Assembly (NCBI GenBank): GCA_947630965.1
Contig: CANRJO010000005.1
Location: 203-64,202 of the forward strand
DNA from: an uncultured Alphaproteobacteria bacterium
GTDB taxonomy: Bacteria; Pseudomonadota; Alphaproteobacteria; RF32; CAG-239
Length of the DNA: 64,000 nucleotides
Reading direction: 5' to 3'
How positions within the stretch are numbered: position 1 is the stretch's first letter; every line of letters begins with the position of its first letter. The position numbers and the translations under genes were made by a program. Shown piece by piece: positions 30,610-39,958 of this stretch. Under the pieces are notes generated by a model, which saw nothing but the letters and a program-made list of their open reading frames with translations, had not been told where the DNA came from and made no database searches.

Positions 30610-32988
30610 TTAACGAAGCTTCAAGACTTCACCCTTAGGTGATGTCACTGTAAGTACGCCATTTTCAAGTTTGCTAGCATAGCCCTTCACCTGAACGGTA
30701 TGCCCATTGTGCCAATTGGTCCAAAGCTTAAGATCAAGACTTGATACATTCGCTACATTATTATTTTTGTAATAATAAGCAACGCCACCGTCTTCATCTC
30801 TGCCTATTGCAGGAGCCCATTTGTTAAGTTCCAAACCATTGCGATTGACACTTGTGGTAAAGAACGCACTGTTATACGCTTCATCACTGAGTGCTTTGTC
30901 CCAAACAAAGTAAGCCGATGTTATTTCATCAATTCTCGGCAATTCTCTGTCACGGTCAATAACAACAGCAACGGCACCAAGGGTTGTTCTCAAGCAAAAT
31001 GCGTGTTTTTCAAAATAGCCATCGACATCATCTGCAGGCACAGCCGTAACCTGTATGCCGATAACATCACCCCAATTCTCCGGCAAATTTTTCTTAATAT
31101 CTAAAATATAGATATCCGTTAAGGCATGAGCCTCGCCTTCTTTGGAGTTTTTAATTGCCTCATACGTCACAACATAATTATGTTTCACATTATGAGTATG
31201 AGTCCAAACGGCATATTCACCCACTTTTTGAGATGTTGCGGAAACATTCGTTCCCTTTTCCTCAATTGTCCACAGAGGAAAATCAAACTCCAAGGTATAC
31301 TTATTGTCTTTGTCCTTATATACGCCTTTTTGATAATCATAGTCGTACACATTTTCAAAAGACTGATCCTTGTTATCTGACCGAGCCACATAGCGCATAT
31401 ACCGTGTTGTAACATGCACATCACCATCATCCGACTCCACATTGTTAAGGACTTGGCTTTTTCCTGCTTCCGTGCTGTACTCTTTGTTACTCGTGTACAC
31501 GCTTTGCTTGTCTTTTGCCTTAAAATGACGGTGACGAACCCACTGTTTGGTTGTGGTTTTCTGTCCGCCACGGCTCCACGTTTCAACTTCCTCCCAGGTG
31601 AACTTATCTGTATTATCATCTACGATTTCATGTTGAACGTTAACGGCTTCTTTTGACAAGAGCTTATCTTCCTCGACTTTTTTAATCAAAATCTGAACTT
31701 TAGCTTGCGCTGTAGAGGAAGTTTCGGCATTTTGAGCGGCATGCGAATCAGCCTTCACATTATATGTCCAACGAACATTATCAACATAGTCATAACTATC
31801 ATATGTTACGCCATCTTTAACAACATTTGTTGAGCCCGTAATGCTTGTCTGACCGTCTTGAACCGTCCATTCTCCGTAGTCAAATTTAACAGTAACGTCT
31901 TCTTTAACATAAACTGCCGAAGCGCTCGATCCTGTGTAAACATTTTGGAAAGTTTCAACCCCGTTCGTTGCTTGTGTGGTGTAGGTAAACGGCCTTTTGG
32001 TGACCGTGAAATTATGCTCTTTATAAGGAGCATCTTCCGCTTCATACGTCAAACTTTGCCCTTTCGTCTCAAACTTTTCCGAAGTTGCAACAAATTGTTT
32101 GAAAGCCGGCGCATGAAACGCCAACGGCAAATCAACACTTTCTGTAACAACGTTTTGTTTGCCGGAAAGGCTCCATTCTTCATAAGTAGTCACACTCAAG
32201 CGCTCAGTTGTCGGTGAGATAACCTCACGTTTAACCTCGCCCAACTGGCGCCCGCCGAGTTTAACATCACCCGCTTTGTAAATACGTTGATAAGGAACAT
32301 TAACAGTATAGGTGTCTACTGTCTGTTCTCTTGTTGACGTATTATCATTGCGAGTCAAAGCCACATCATAGACCAACACAATGTCATAAACCGTACTGTC
32401 TTTACAGCTCAATTTTTCATTTCGGATTGCCGTTGAAGATTTCACATTCCACTTAATATTTCGAATGGCGGTAAAACTCAGCTCCTGATGAGTTGCCAAG
32501 CACGCACATTTTTCATACTTTGTGGAAGCCTTAATTTCTTCACCGGCATTAAGCGTAAAGTTAAAGTCCTGTTTCAAAATGCTCCGGACAAAACTCGTTT
32601 CCTCATTTTGTTCAAGCAACACTTCACCTTGGTTTGCATTTGTTTCCCCAAGCTGTGCCAGTTGTTTTTCATCACTGACATAAACTTTTTCGGGATGGTC
32701 AAACAATGCATTTAGATCCAAAGATTTTTCAAAATGTTCGCGATTAACAATTTCATCGCCCTCTTTGAAAACCCTGTCTCCTTCTACCCTCTGATACACA
32801 GTATACAGCTTAGCCGTAAGTGTATCAAATTTGGCGTCAAATGTCTTTTCTTCAATAACCATAGAGGAATCTTGAGGAAAAAGATAACTCACATTAATAC
32901 CGCCAACTTCCGTGGTATCTGCACATGATGCAGCTCCACCCATGATAAACGCCGCAAGCAGCGCACGATAAAACAAACTTTTCTTCAT
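30610..32988 (-). CDS. Large beta-rich lipoprotein (short paralog)
   Basis: MKKSLFYRALLAAFIMGGAAS-CADTTE lipobox; homologous end to end with 33165..37388. Confidence 0.8.
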   Translation of the reverse strand: MKKSLFYRALLAAFIMGGAASCADTTEVGGINVSYLFPQDSSMVIEEKTFDAKFDTLTAKLYTVYQRVEGDRVFKEGDEIVNREHFEKSLDLNALFDHPEKVYVSDEKQLAQLGETNANQGEVLLEQNEETSFVRSILKQDFNFTLNAGEEIKASTKYEKCACLATHQELSFTAIRNIKWNVKSSTAIRNEKLSCKDSTVYDIVLVYDVALTRNDNTSTREQTVDTYTVNVPYQRIYKAGDVKLGGRQLGEVKREVISPTTERLSVTTYEEWSLSGKQNVVTESVDLPLAFHAPAFKQFVATSEKFETKGQSLTYEAEDAPYKEHNFTVTKRPFTYTTQATNGVETFQNVYTGSSASAVYVKEDVTVKFDYGEWTVQDGQTSITGSTNVVKDGVTYDSYDYVDNVRWTYNVKADSHAAQNAETSSTAQAKVQILIKKVEEDKLLSKEAVNVQHEIVDDNTDKFTWEEVETWSRGGQKTTTKQWVRHRHFKAKDKQSVYTSNKEYSTEAGKSQVLNNVESDDGDVHVTTRYMRYVARSDNKDQSFENVYDYDYQKGVYKDKDNKYTLEFDFPLWTIEEKGTNVSATSQKVGEYAVWTHTHNVKHNYVVTYEAIKNSKEGEAHALTDIYILDIKKNLPENWGDVIGIQVTAVPADDVDGYFEKHAFCLRTTLGAVAVVIDRDRELPRIDEITSAYFVWDKALSDEAYNSAFFTTSVNRNGLELNKWAPAIGRDEDGGVAYYYKNNNVANVSSLDLKLWTNWHNGHTVQVKGYASKLENGVLTVTSPKGEVLKLR

Positions 32989-33058
32989 AATTTTTAAATT
33001 TTTAAGTGATAATAATTTTTTGATAATGATAATCCAAAATAATGATTTAAACAGCGTA

Positions 33059-33087
33059 TTTATACCATAAAATTTTATATTTGACAA
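33059..33087 (-). promoter_or_regulatory. Sigma70-type promoter
   Basis: Minus strand TTGTCA-N17-TATAAA with TGG extended -10. Confidence 0.6.
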
Positions 33088-33124
33088 GAAAAAATTTAGA
33101 GCTAGATTTTCTTAAATTTTAAAT

Positions 33125-33158
33125 AAAAAAGGGAGGGGGTCATAAAGACCGCCTCCCC
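33125..33158 (-). terminator. Intrinsic terminator (copy 2 of the shared lipoprotein terminator)
   Basis: GGAGGGGGTCATAAAGACCGCCTCC, near-identical to 30578..30601. Confidence 0.75.
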
Positions 33159-33164
33159 GAAGCT

Positions 33165-36100
33165 TTAATGAAGCCTCAAGCTCTCACCGTTAGGTGCAGT
33201 GAGCGTAAGTACTCCATTTTCAAGTTTACTACTATAACCGTTAACTTTAACGGTACGTCCATTGTGCCAATTGGTCCAGAAGTTCAGATCGACACCTTCT
33301 ACATTAGCGACATTGTCGTTTTTGTAGTAGTAGGCAACGCCTCCGTATTCATCTTTTCCAACTGCAGGAGCCCATACCCCAACCGGCAACTCATGATGAT
33401 TGCGGTCTGTGGTAAAGAATGCGCTGTTATAAGAGGCATTAAAGAAGTTGCCTTTTACAAAGTGCCCTTTGGTAATCTCTCCAATGGTCGGTAAAGCCTG
33501 TTCACGATTGATAACAATTGCTACCGCACCGTTCGTTGTTCTCAGGCAAAATGCGTGTTTCTCATATTGCCCGTCAACATCGTCAGCCGGAACAGCCGTC
33601 ACTTGAATTCCAAGAACATCACCCCAACTTGCAGGCAGATTTTTAGCAATATCCAGAATATAGATATCCGTCAACGCCTGTGCACTCTTGGGATAAGTGT
33701 TAGAATTAACCTTGTATGTATGATTAATGCGGTGGGTATGAGTCCAAACGGCATAATCACCATCTTTGGTTGATGACGACGAAACTTCCGTTCCGTTTTC
33801 ATTAATCGTCCACTCAGGAAAATCAAACGTTAAGGTATACATGTTGTCTTTATCCGTGTAAACGCCTTTTTGGAAATCATAGGTATAAACATTATCAAAA
33901 GACTTGTTACCGTTGTTTGATTGAGCAGTGTAACTCATGTAACGTGTTGTCACTTTCACACCGTTAACAACTGACTCTTTATCCTGAATAGTTTTGCTTG
34001 TTCCTGCCTGAGTGCTGTAATTCTTGCTATTCGTGTACACTTTCTGCTTGCTAGGCTCATTGAAATGACGATAGCGAATCCACTCTTTTTGAGTAGTCTT
34101 CGTTCCGCCAACGCTCCACGTTTCAACTTCATCCCAGGTGAAACGATCACGCGTATCATCCAAGATTTCGTGTTTAACGTTAACGCCTTTCTTTGACAAG
34201 AGCTTGTCTTCCTCGACTTTTTCAATCAAGATCTGAACTTCAGCTTTTGCCTTCTGAGAGGTTTCAGAGCCCTGAACATACGCATCTCTCGGGATAGTGT
34301 AGGTCCAGTTGACATTATTGACGTAGTCATAACCATCATAGTTCCGACCGCTGTAGAAAACATCTTTGGGGTCACTAATCGTTGTAGTGCCTTCTTTAAT
34401 GTTCCACGAACCGTATGCTAATTCAACTCTAGCGCTGCCCTTTTCAAAGACAACGGATGAGCTAGAAGCTTCATACGTATTCGTAAACGGACGAATACCG
34501 TGGTTATCTGCTTTTGAGCTATAATTGAACGATTTTGTTTTAATCGTCCAATGACCATCAGTCCTTGAGGTTTCTTTTTCACCACTTGTGCCTTGAGTCG
34601 TTGTTGTATAGTCAGCAGAAGTTGTGATCACTGTTGCCTTACCCGGTGCTTTAAACACAATCGGGAATTCACGTGTCTCAGTTTCTTCTTTTCCTCTCTG
34701 ACCATTTTCATCTTCCTGATAAGTCGTTATCGTAATACGCTCCTTAACACCTGAATTATCAGGTACAATTTCACGTGTAACGCTTCCTACCTTATCTGTA
34801 AGCTTTTGCTCAACCTCTTCTTTAGCAATCAAAATGGTTACTTCGGCTTTTGCCGTTTTGTTAACTTCTGCGTTCACTGCATACGGATCGGCAGCAATAC
34901 TGTACGTCCAGTTGATGTTATTAACATAGTCATAACGATCATAGTTCTGACCATTGTAATTAACCTCTCCTGAAGGATCAATTGTTGTTCTGCCTTCGCT
35001 AATCTGCCATGTACCGTAATCAAATTCCACCTTAATATCGCCTTTCGTATAAACGATAGCAGAGCTAGAACCTTGATAGGTGTTCATAAACATATCAGCG
35101 CCGTTATCAGCTTTTGAGGAATAAGTAAACGGTTTTGTTCTAACCGTCCAATTAGACTCTCTTGCCGAAGTTTCGGCTCCGTCAATCATGCCCTGACGTA
35201 CTGTCTGGTAGGCTGCAGAAGTTGTGATCACTTGCTTCTTACCCGGTGCATTAAATACAATCGGGAATTCGCGCATATCCGTAACTTCTTTTTGCTTACC
35301 GGCATCTCGCCATTCTTCATAGGTGGTTATGGTAATACGCTCTTTAATACCTGAATTATCAGATACAATTTCACGCTTAACACTTCCAAGCCTATCGGCA
35401 ATCTTAACATCATCAGCCTTTTCAGCTTTAGCAATCAAAATGGTTACCTCAGCTTTCTCCGAATTTGAAACCTTGTTGTTTTCTGTGGCATACTTATCTG
35501 CAGCAATGCTATAAGTCCAGTTGATGTTATTAACATAATCATAGCCGTCATAAACGATACCCTCATATGTAACATCTCTTGGACCGTCAATGGTTGTCTT
35601 AACTTCCCTTACCGTCCATTCACCATAATCAAATTCCAGTTTAATTTCACCTTTCGTATAAACGATAGCTGAGCTAGAACCCTCATAGGTGTTTGTAAAC
35701 GGAGTCACGCCGTTATCAGCTTTAGAGACATAGCTAAACGATTTTGTCTTAACCGTCCAACTCCCCTTCGTTGCCGAAGTTTCATTTCCATCAGATTGGC
35801 TCTGAGGCTTGGTCGTATAAACAGAAGAGGTTGTGATCACGCGCTTCTTTCCCGGTGCGTTAAACAAAATCGGGAATTCACGCATTTCAGTAACTTCATT
35901 CTGCTCACCGGCATCACGCCATTGTTCATAAGTTGTAATAGTAATGCGCTCTTTAATACCCGTTCCATCGGTTATAATTTCACGCTTAACATCACGAACC
36001 TTATCAGCAAGCTTTTCATCAGCGACCTTAGCAATCAAAATGGTTGCATTGGCTTGAGCTGGTTTGGAAATTTCATTATTCTCCGCAGCATACTTGTCGG

Positions 36101-37388
36101 CCTTGATAGAATAAGTCCAATCAATGTTGTTCACATAATCATAGCCGTCATAAATAACGCCCTTATATGTAACATCTTTCGGACCATCGATGGTTGTTTC
36201 GCCTTCTTTTACTGTCCATTCCCCATAGCCAAAATCAACAACAATGCTACCTTTTTGATAAGTAACAGCATTGTTAACGCCGCTATAAGTATTGGTAAAC
36301 GCATTCGCGTTATTATCAGCATCAGAGGTATAAGTAACCGGTTTTGTTTTAACCGTAAAATTACCATCAATTTTAGAAGTCTCATTACCTTCTGTCACAC
36401 CATTAGCTGTTGTAACATAAGATGCATTTGTTGTCACGATCCATTTAGCTTCCGGTGCATTAAATACAACGGGAACATTAATGGTTTCCACATTTTCACG
36501 AACTCTTCCGCTTTCACTCCACTGCTCATACGTCACAACGGTAAAACGTTCTACGTAGGTATTTCCGGAAACCAAAACAAGCTCGCGCTTTGTTTTTTCC
36601 TCATCTACCATATCAGCAATTTTGTGATCGCCTGCTTTGTAAACACGTTGATAAGGAACATTAACGGTATAATTGCTAACCGTTTGTGTTTTTGTCATCT
36701 CCGTGTTATCATTGCGTGTCAGAGCCACGTTATAAGCCAACACAACGTCATAGACGGTGCTGTCTTCACAACTCAACATCTCATTTAAGGTTGCCTTAGA
36801 AGATTTAGGATCCCACTCAATATTTCTGATTGCCGTAAAGCTCAACTCCTGGTTGGCTGCCGTGCAAATACATTTTTCATATTTCGTAGACGCCTTAATT
36901 TCTTCACCGGTATTGAGTGTAAAATCAAAGTCTTGCTTCAGAATATTCCGAACAAAATTGGCTTCTTCTTTCGGTTCAACTGTTACTTTACCCTCAACGA
37001 CTCCTTTTTCTTCAAGCATCCCAAGTTGGTTTTCATTGCTCACATACACCACTTCGGGGTGTGCAAACAATGCGTTCAGATCCAAAGATTTTTCAAAATG
37101 TTCTCTTGAAATCTCTTCCTTTCCGTCTTTAAGCACTCTTTCCCCTTCTACTGTCTGATAAACAGTATAGAGTTCAGCTGTACGCGTATCAAACTCCGTG
37201 TCAAAGTTATATTCTTCAACAACGATGGCAGAATCTCCCTGAGGTGGAACCGGAAAAAGATATTCTTCTTCAATTCCGCCGATTGTGGAGGTATCAGCAC
37301 ACGATACAAAGACATTAACCATTACTGCAAAAGCAGCAAAAAAAGCAAACATGTTACCAACATGCAGGCTTACAATCTGTTTGTTCAT
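33165..37388 (-). CDS. Large repeat-containing beta-rich lipoprotein (long paralog)
   Basis: Lipobox FVS-CADTST; four tandem ~200-aa repeats plus a terminal-type repeat and C-terminal cap. Confidence 0.85.
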   Translation of the reverse strand: MNKQIVSLHVGNMFAFFAAFAVMVNVFVSCADTSTIGGIEEEYLFPVPPQGDSAIVVEEYNFDTEFDTRTAELYTVYQTVEGERVLKDGKEEISREHFEKSLDLNALFAHPEVVYVSNENQLGMLEEKGVVEGKVTVEPKEEANFVRNILKQDFDFTLNTGEEIKASTKYEKCICTAANQELSFTAIRNIEWDPKSSKATLNEMLSCEDSTVYDVVLAYNVALTRNDNTEMTKTQTVSNYTVNVPYQRVYKAGDHKIADMVDEEKTKRELVLVSGNTYVERFTVVTYEQWSESGRVRENVETINVPVVFNAPEAKWIVTTNASYVTTANGVTEGNETSKIDGNFTVKTKPVTYTSDADNNANAFTNTYSGVNNAVTYQKGSIVVDFGYGEWTVKEGETTIDGPKDVTYKGVIYDGYDYVNNIDWTYSIKADKYAAENNEISKPAQANATILIAKVADEKLADKVRDVKREIITDGTGIKERITITTYEQWRDAGEQNEVTEMREFPILFNAPGKKRVITTSSVYTTKPQSQSDGNETSATKGSWTVKTKSFSYVSKADNGVTPFTNTYEGSSSAIVYTKGEIKLEFDYGEWTVREVKTTIDGPRDVTYEGIVYDGYDYVNNINWTYSIAADKYATENNKVSNSEKAEVTILIAKAEKADDVKIADRLGSVKREIVSDNSGIKERITITTYEEWRDAGKQKEVTDMREFPIVFNAPGKKQVITTSAAYQTVRQGMIDGAETSARESNWTVRTKPFTYSSKADNGADMFMNTYQGSSSAIVYTKGDIKVEFDYGTWQISEGRTTIDPSGEVNYNGQNYDRYDYVNNINWTYSIAADPYAVNAEVNKTAKAEVTILIAKEEVEQKLTDKVGSVTREIVPDNSGVKERITITTYQEDENGQRGKEETETREFPIVFKAPGKATVITTSADYTTTTQGTSGEKETSRTDGHWTIKTKSFNYSSKADNHGIRPFTNTYEASSSSVVFEKGSARVELAYGSWNIKEGTTTISDPKDVFYSGRNYDGYDYVNNVNWTYTIPRDAYVQGSETSQKAKAEVQILIEKVEEDKLLSKKGVNVKHEILDDTRDRFTWDEVETWSVGGTKTTQKEWIRYRHFNEPSKQKVYTNSKNYSTQAGTSKTIQDKESVVNGVKVTTRYMSYTAQSNNGNKSFDNVYTYDFQKGVYTDKDNMYTLTFDFPEWTINENGTEVSSSSTKDGDYAVWTHTHRINHTYKVNSNTYPKSAQALTDIYILDIAKNLPASWGDVLGIQVTAVPADDVDGQYEKHAFCLRTTNGAVAIVINREQALPTIGEITKGHFVKGNFFNASYNSAFFTTDRNHHELPVGVWAPAVGKDEYGGVAYYYKNDNVANVEGVDLNFWTNWHNGRTVKVNGYSSKLENGVLTLTAPNGESLRLH
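34210..36632 (-). repeat. Four intragenic ~600-bp tandem repeats
   Basis: Recurring KREI...ERITITTYE.W...REFPI.FNAPGK...YDYVNN.NWTY...A.VTILIAK; boundaries approximate. Confidence 0.85.
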
Positions 37389-37434
37389 AATTTAATAAAA
37401 ATATAGGTTATACAATAATTTCTTTTCACATCTT

Positions 37435-37463
37435 ATTTATACCACATTTTTAAGTGCCTTGCA
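37435..37463 (-). promoter_or_regulatory. Sigma70-type promoter
   Basis: Minus strand TTGCAA-N17-TATAAA; shares TGGTATAAATA with the promoter at 33059. Confidence 0.6.
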
Positions 37464-37574
37464 ACAAAAAAAAGCAAATTGGACGTATTTTTTGTTATTT
37501 TGTCCACGAGGCTAAAAAAAGCTTGAAAAAGCAAGAAAAATTTTATAGGAATAGAAAAAAGAAAAGGAAAATCC

Positions 37575-38357
37575 ATGAAAATTTTTTATTGCGGAGATAT
37601 TGTCGGCAGAGCCGGACGCGAAGCAGCACTCAAAAATATTCCGGTTTTGAAAAAAGAAAAAAGCCTTGATGTGGTTTTAGCAAATGCTGAAAATGCAGCA
37701 CATGGCTTTGGTTTAACCCCCGGAATTTGTCGCGATTTGTTTCAAGCGGGCGTTGATGCTATTTTAACGGGCAACCACATTTGGGATCAAAGAGAAATTT
37801 TGCCTTATTTGGACGAGCTTAAAAATGTTGTCCGACCACTCAATTATCCCCCTTCAACATTGGGACATGGTTTTTATGTAATGGAGTTACCAAATGGCAA
37901 AAAGCTTGTCATCACCCAAGTTTTAGGCCGTGTTTTTATGGAATCGGCAGATTGCCCCGTACAAGCGCTTGAGAAATTGCTTTCAACGTATCATTTAAGT
38001 GCCGATACCGTCATTTTTGTGGATATTCACGCTGAAGCAACAGCAGAGAAGCTTTCTTTGGGTTTTTATCTAGATGGACGTGTTTCCGCCGTGGCAGGCA
38101 CACACACACATGTTCAAACCGCCGATGAACGCGTTTTGCCAAAGGGCACGGCATACATCACCGATGTCGGCATGTGCGGGGTTGAAAACTCGGTTTTAGG
38201 CTTTGACCCAAAAGCCCCCATTGAACGCTTAAAGCGCCATTACCCTTATGAACGCCTCACGCCGGCAAGCGGCGAAGGCGTCCTTCGCGGCATCATCATT
38301 GAAACAGATGATAAAACAGGGCTTGCGCTACATATTGAACGCGTCCGTTGTGGTTAA
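37575..38357 (+). CDS. YmdB/TIGR00282 metallophosphoesterase
   Basis: GDIVG, NAENAAHG.G, GNHIWD, RPLNYP, DIHAEATAEK, GTHTHV, TDVGMCG. Confidence 0.95.
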   Translation: MKIFYCGDIVGRAGREAALKNIPVLKKEKSLDVVLANAENAAHGFGLTPGICRDLFQAGVDAILTGNHIWDQREILPYLDELKNVVRPLNYPPSTLGHGFYVMELPNGKKLVITQVLGRVFMESADCPVQALEKLLSTYHLSADTVIFVDIHAEATAEKLSLGFYLDGRVSAVAGTHTHVQTADERVLPKGTAYITDVGMCGVENSVLGFDPKAPIERLKRHYPYERLTPASGEGVLRGIIIETDDKTGLALHIERVRCG

Positions 38358-38361
38358 CCCC

Positions 38362-38967
38362 TCAAAGGTCGCTGATAACAGATAATGATATAATCTCATC
38401 CGGATCTAAAACCAAACCGTTGGCTCCGCCACCTTTTTTAATGGCATCAACATGTTCCATGCCGCTCACAACCTGCCCCCAAACGGTATATTGACCGTCA
38501 AGCCACGGACAATCAGCATAGCAGATAAAAAACTGGCTGTCTGCCGAGTCGGGGTCCATTGCGCGTGCCATAGAAACGGTGCCACGCTTATGCGGATGCG
38601 TATTAAACTCAGCTCTTAACTTTTTGCCGCTACCGCCTGTGCCATTACCGTACGGACAACCAGTTTGTGCCATAAAGCCTTCAATAACCCGATGAAATTT
38701 CAGCCCGTTATAAAAGCCGCTTTTAACCAAATTTTTAATCCGTGCCACATGGTTTGGCGCCGCATCGGCAAACATTTCAATCACGACATCGCCATCTTTA
38801 AGCTTCAAGAGCAAAGCATTTTCCGGATCTTTCACATCATAACTGTGCTTAATTTTTTTGGCGCGTGTTTCACTAACGCCGATTTTTTTGGTTTCTTCCG
38901 CCGATAACTTCTTAGTTTCAGCATGTCCTAAATTTTTTGTTTCAGTACTTTTTAACAGTTCAGCCAT
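38362..38967 (-). CDS. Cyclophilin-type peptidyl-prolyl isomerase
   Basis: FHRVIEGFMAQTG, RGTVSMARA, SADSQFFI, LDGQYTVWG. Confidence 0.95.
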   Translation of the reverse strand: MAELLKSTETKNLGHAETKKLSAEETKKIGVSETRAKKIKHSYDVKDPENALLLKLKDGDVVIEMFADAAPNHVARIKNLVKSGFYNGLKFHRVIEGFMAQTGCPYGNGTGGSGKKLRAEFNTHPHKRGTVSMARAMDPDSADSQFFICYADCPWLDGQYTVWGQVVSGMEHVDAIKKGGGANGLVLDPDEIISLSVISDL

Positions 38968-39003
38968 AGATTTCCCTTTCAAATATGTATGTTATAACTT
39001 TAT

Positions 39004-39957
39004 TTAGGTTTGTGAGAGCACAAAATCAACCCTTTCTTCAGGTGTCAGACCCGCGGGATATGTTTCATCAATTTTTTGAAGCCGCCCGATCAAACCCTTG
39101 CCGTTTGCAATCTGAATAGCAAGCCCCGGACGAGCATTTAACTCCAACATCATCGGACCATGTGTTTTATCAAGCACAATATCTGCGCCCAAATAGCCAA
39201 GCCCCGTCATTTCAAAGGCTTTAGCGCCAATGAGTAAATGTTCGCGCCAAAACGGAACCTGCAGTGTTTTAAGATCGGCTTTTGTATCAGGATGAAAGCT
39301 TATCGGCTTATTATACATAACTGCTTGCAAGGTTTTACCATCATGCACATCAAGCCCAACGCCCACAGCGCCTTGGTGCAAATTAGCGCGCCCTGCTGAT
39401 TGTCTGGTGGCAAGGCGCATCATTGCCATGGCAGGGTAGCCCTTATAAACAATAATACGTACATCAGGCACCCCCTGATAGCTGAAATTTTGAAAAGCAT
39501 CGCTGAAATGCACCATTTCTTCAATAACGGCGGTATCATATTGCCCGCCCAAGCTGTAAAGACCGCTTAAAATATTGGAAATATGCTGATACACATCATG
39601 AAAATTCAAAATTTTGTGCGATGCTGTCTCAAAAACATCTTCATTCCAGTGCGTAATCACCAAAACGCCTTTACCACCACTGCCATGCGCCGGCTTAATC
39701 ACAAAACTTTTATGCCCCTTAACGAGCTGCTGAAAATTTCTGACCTCATGCTGAAATTCAATAATACCAATCAGCTGCGGTGTACTAATACCTATTTTTT
39801 CCGCCAACATCTTGGTTTGAACCTTATCATCCACAAGCGGATAAAGCCGCCTGACGTTATTTTTGGAAATAATGTCATAATTGCGCGCATTCATCCCTAA
39901 AATGCCTTCTGCCCGAAGGTCTTTTGGTCGCGCTATACCTTTGAGCAAATTCCACAT
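39004..39957 (-). CDS. Alpha-L-glutamate ligase-like ATP-grasp protein
   Basis: ILGMNARN, PLVDDK, VIKPAHGSGGKG, ANLHQGA, LELNARPGL. Confidence 0.9.
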   Translation of the reverse strand: MWNLLKGIARPKDLRAEGILGMNARNYDIISKNNVRRLYPLVDDKVQTKMLAEKIGISTPQLIGIIEFQHEVRNFQQLVKGHKSFVIKPAHGSGGKGVLVITHWNEDVFETASHKILNFHDVYQHISNILSGLYSLGGQYDTAVIEEMVHFSDAFQNFSYQGVPDVRIIVYKGYPAMAMMRLATRQSAGRANLHQGAVGVGLDVHDGKTLQAVMYNKPISFHPDTKADLKTLQVPFWREHLLIGAKAFEMTGLGYLGADIVLDKTHGPMMLELNARPGLAIQIANGKGLIGRLQKIDETYPAGLTPEERVDFVLSQT

Positions 39958-39958
39958 T

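Noticed and set aside
35796-36788. 330-aa plus-strand ORF
   Set aside because: Antisense shadow of the large lipoprotein gene, with unnatural composition
28982-37388. Prophage remnant
   Set aside because: Only a lysozyme domain; no holin, structural, integrase or replication genes
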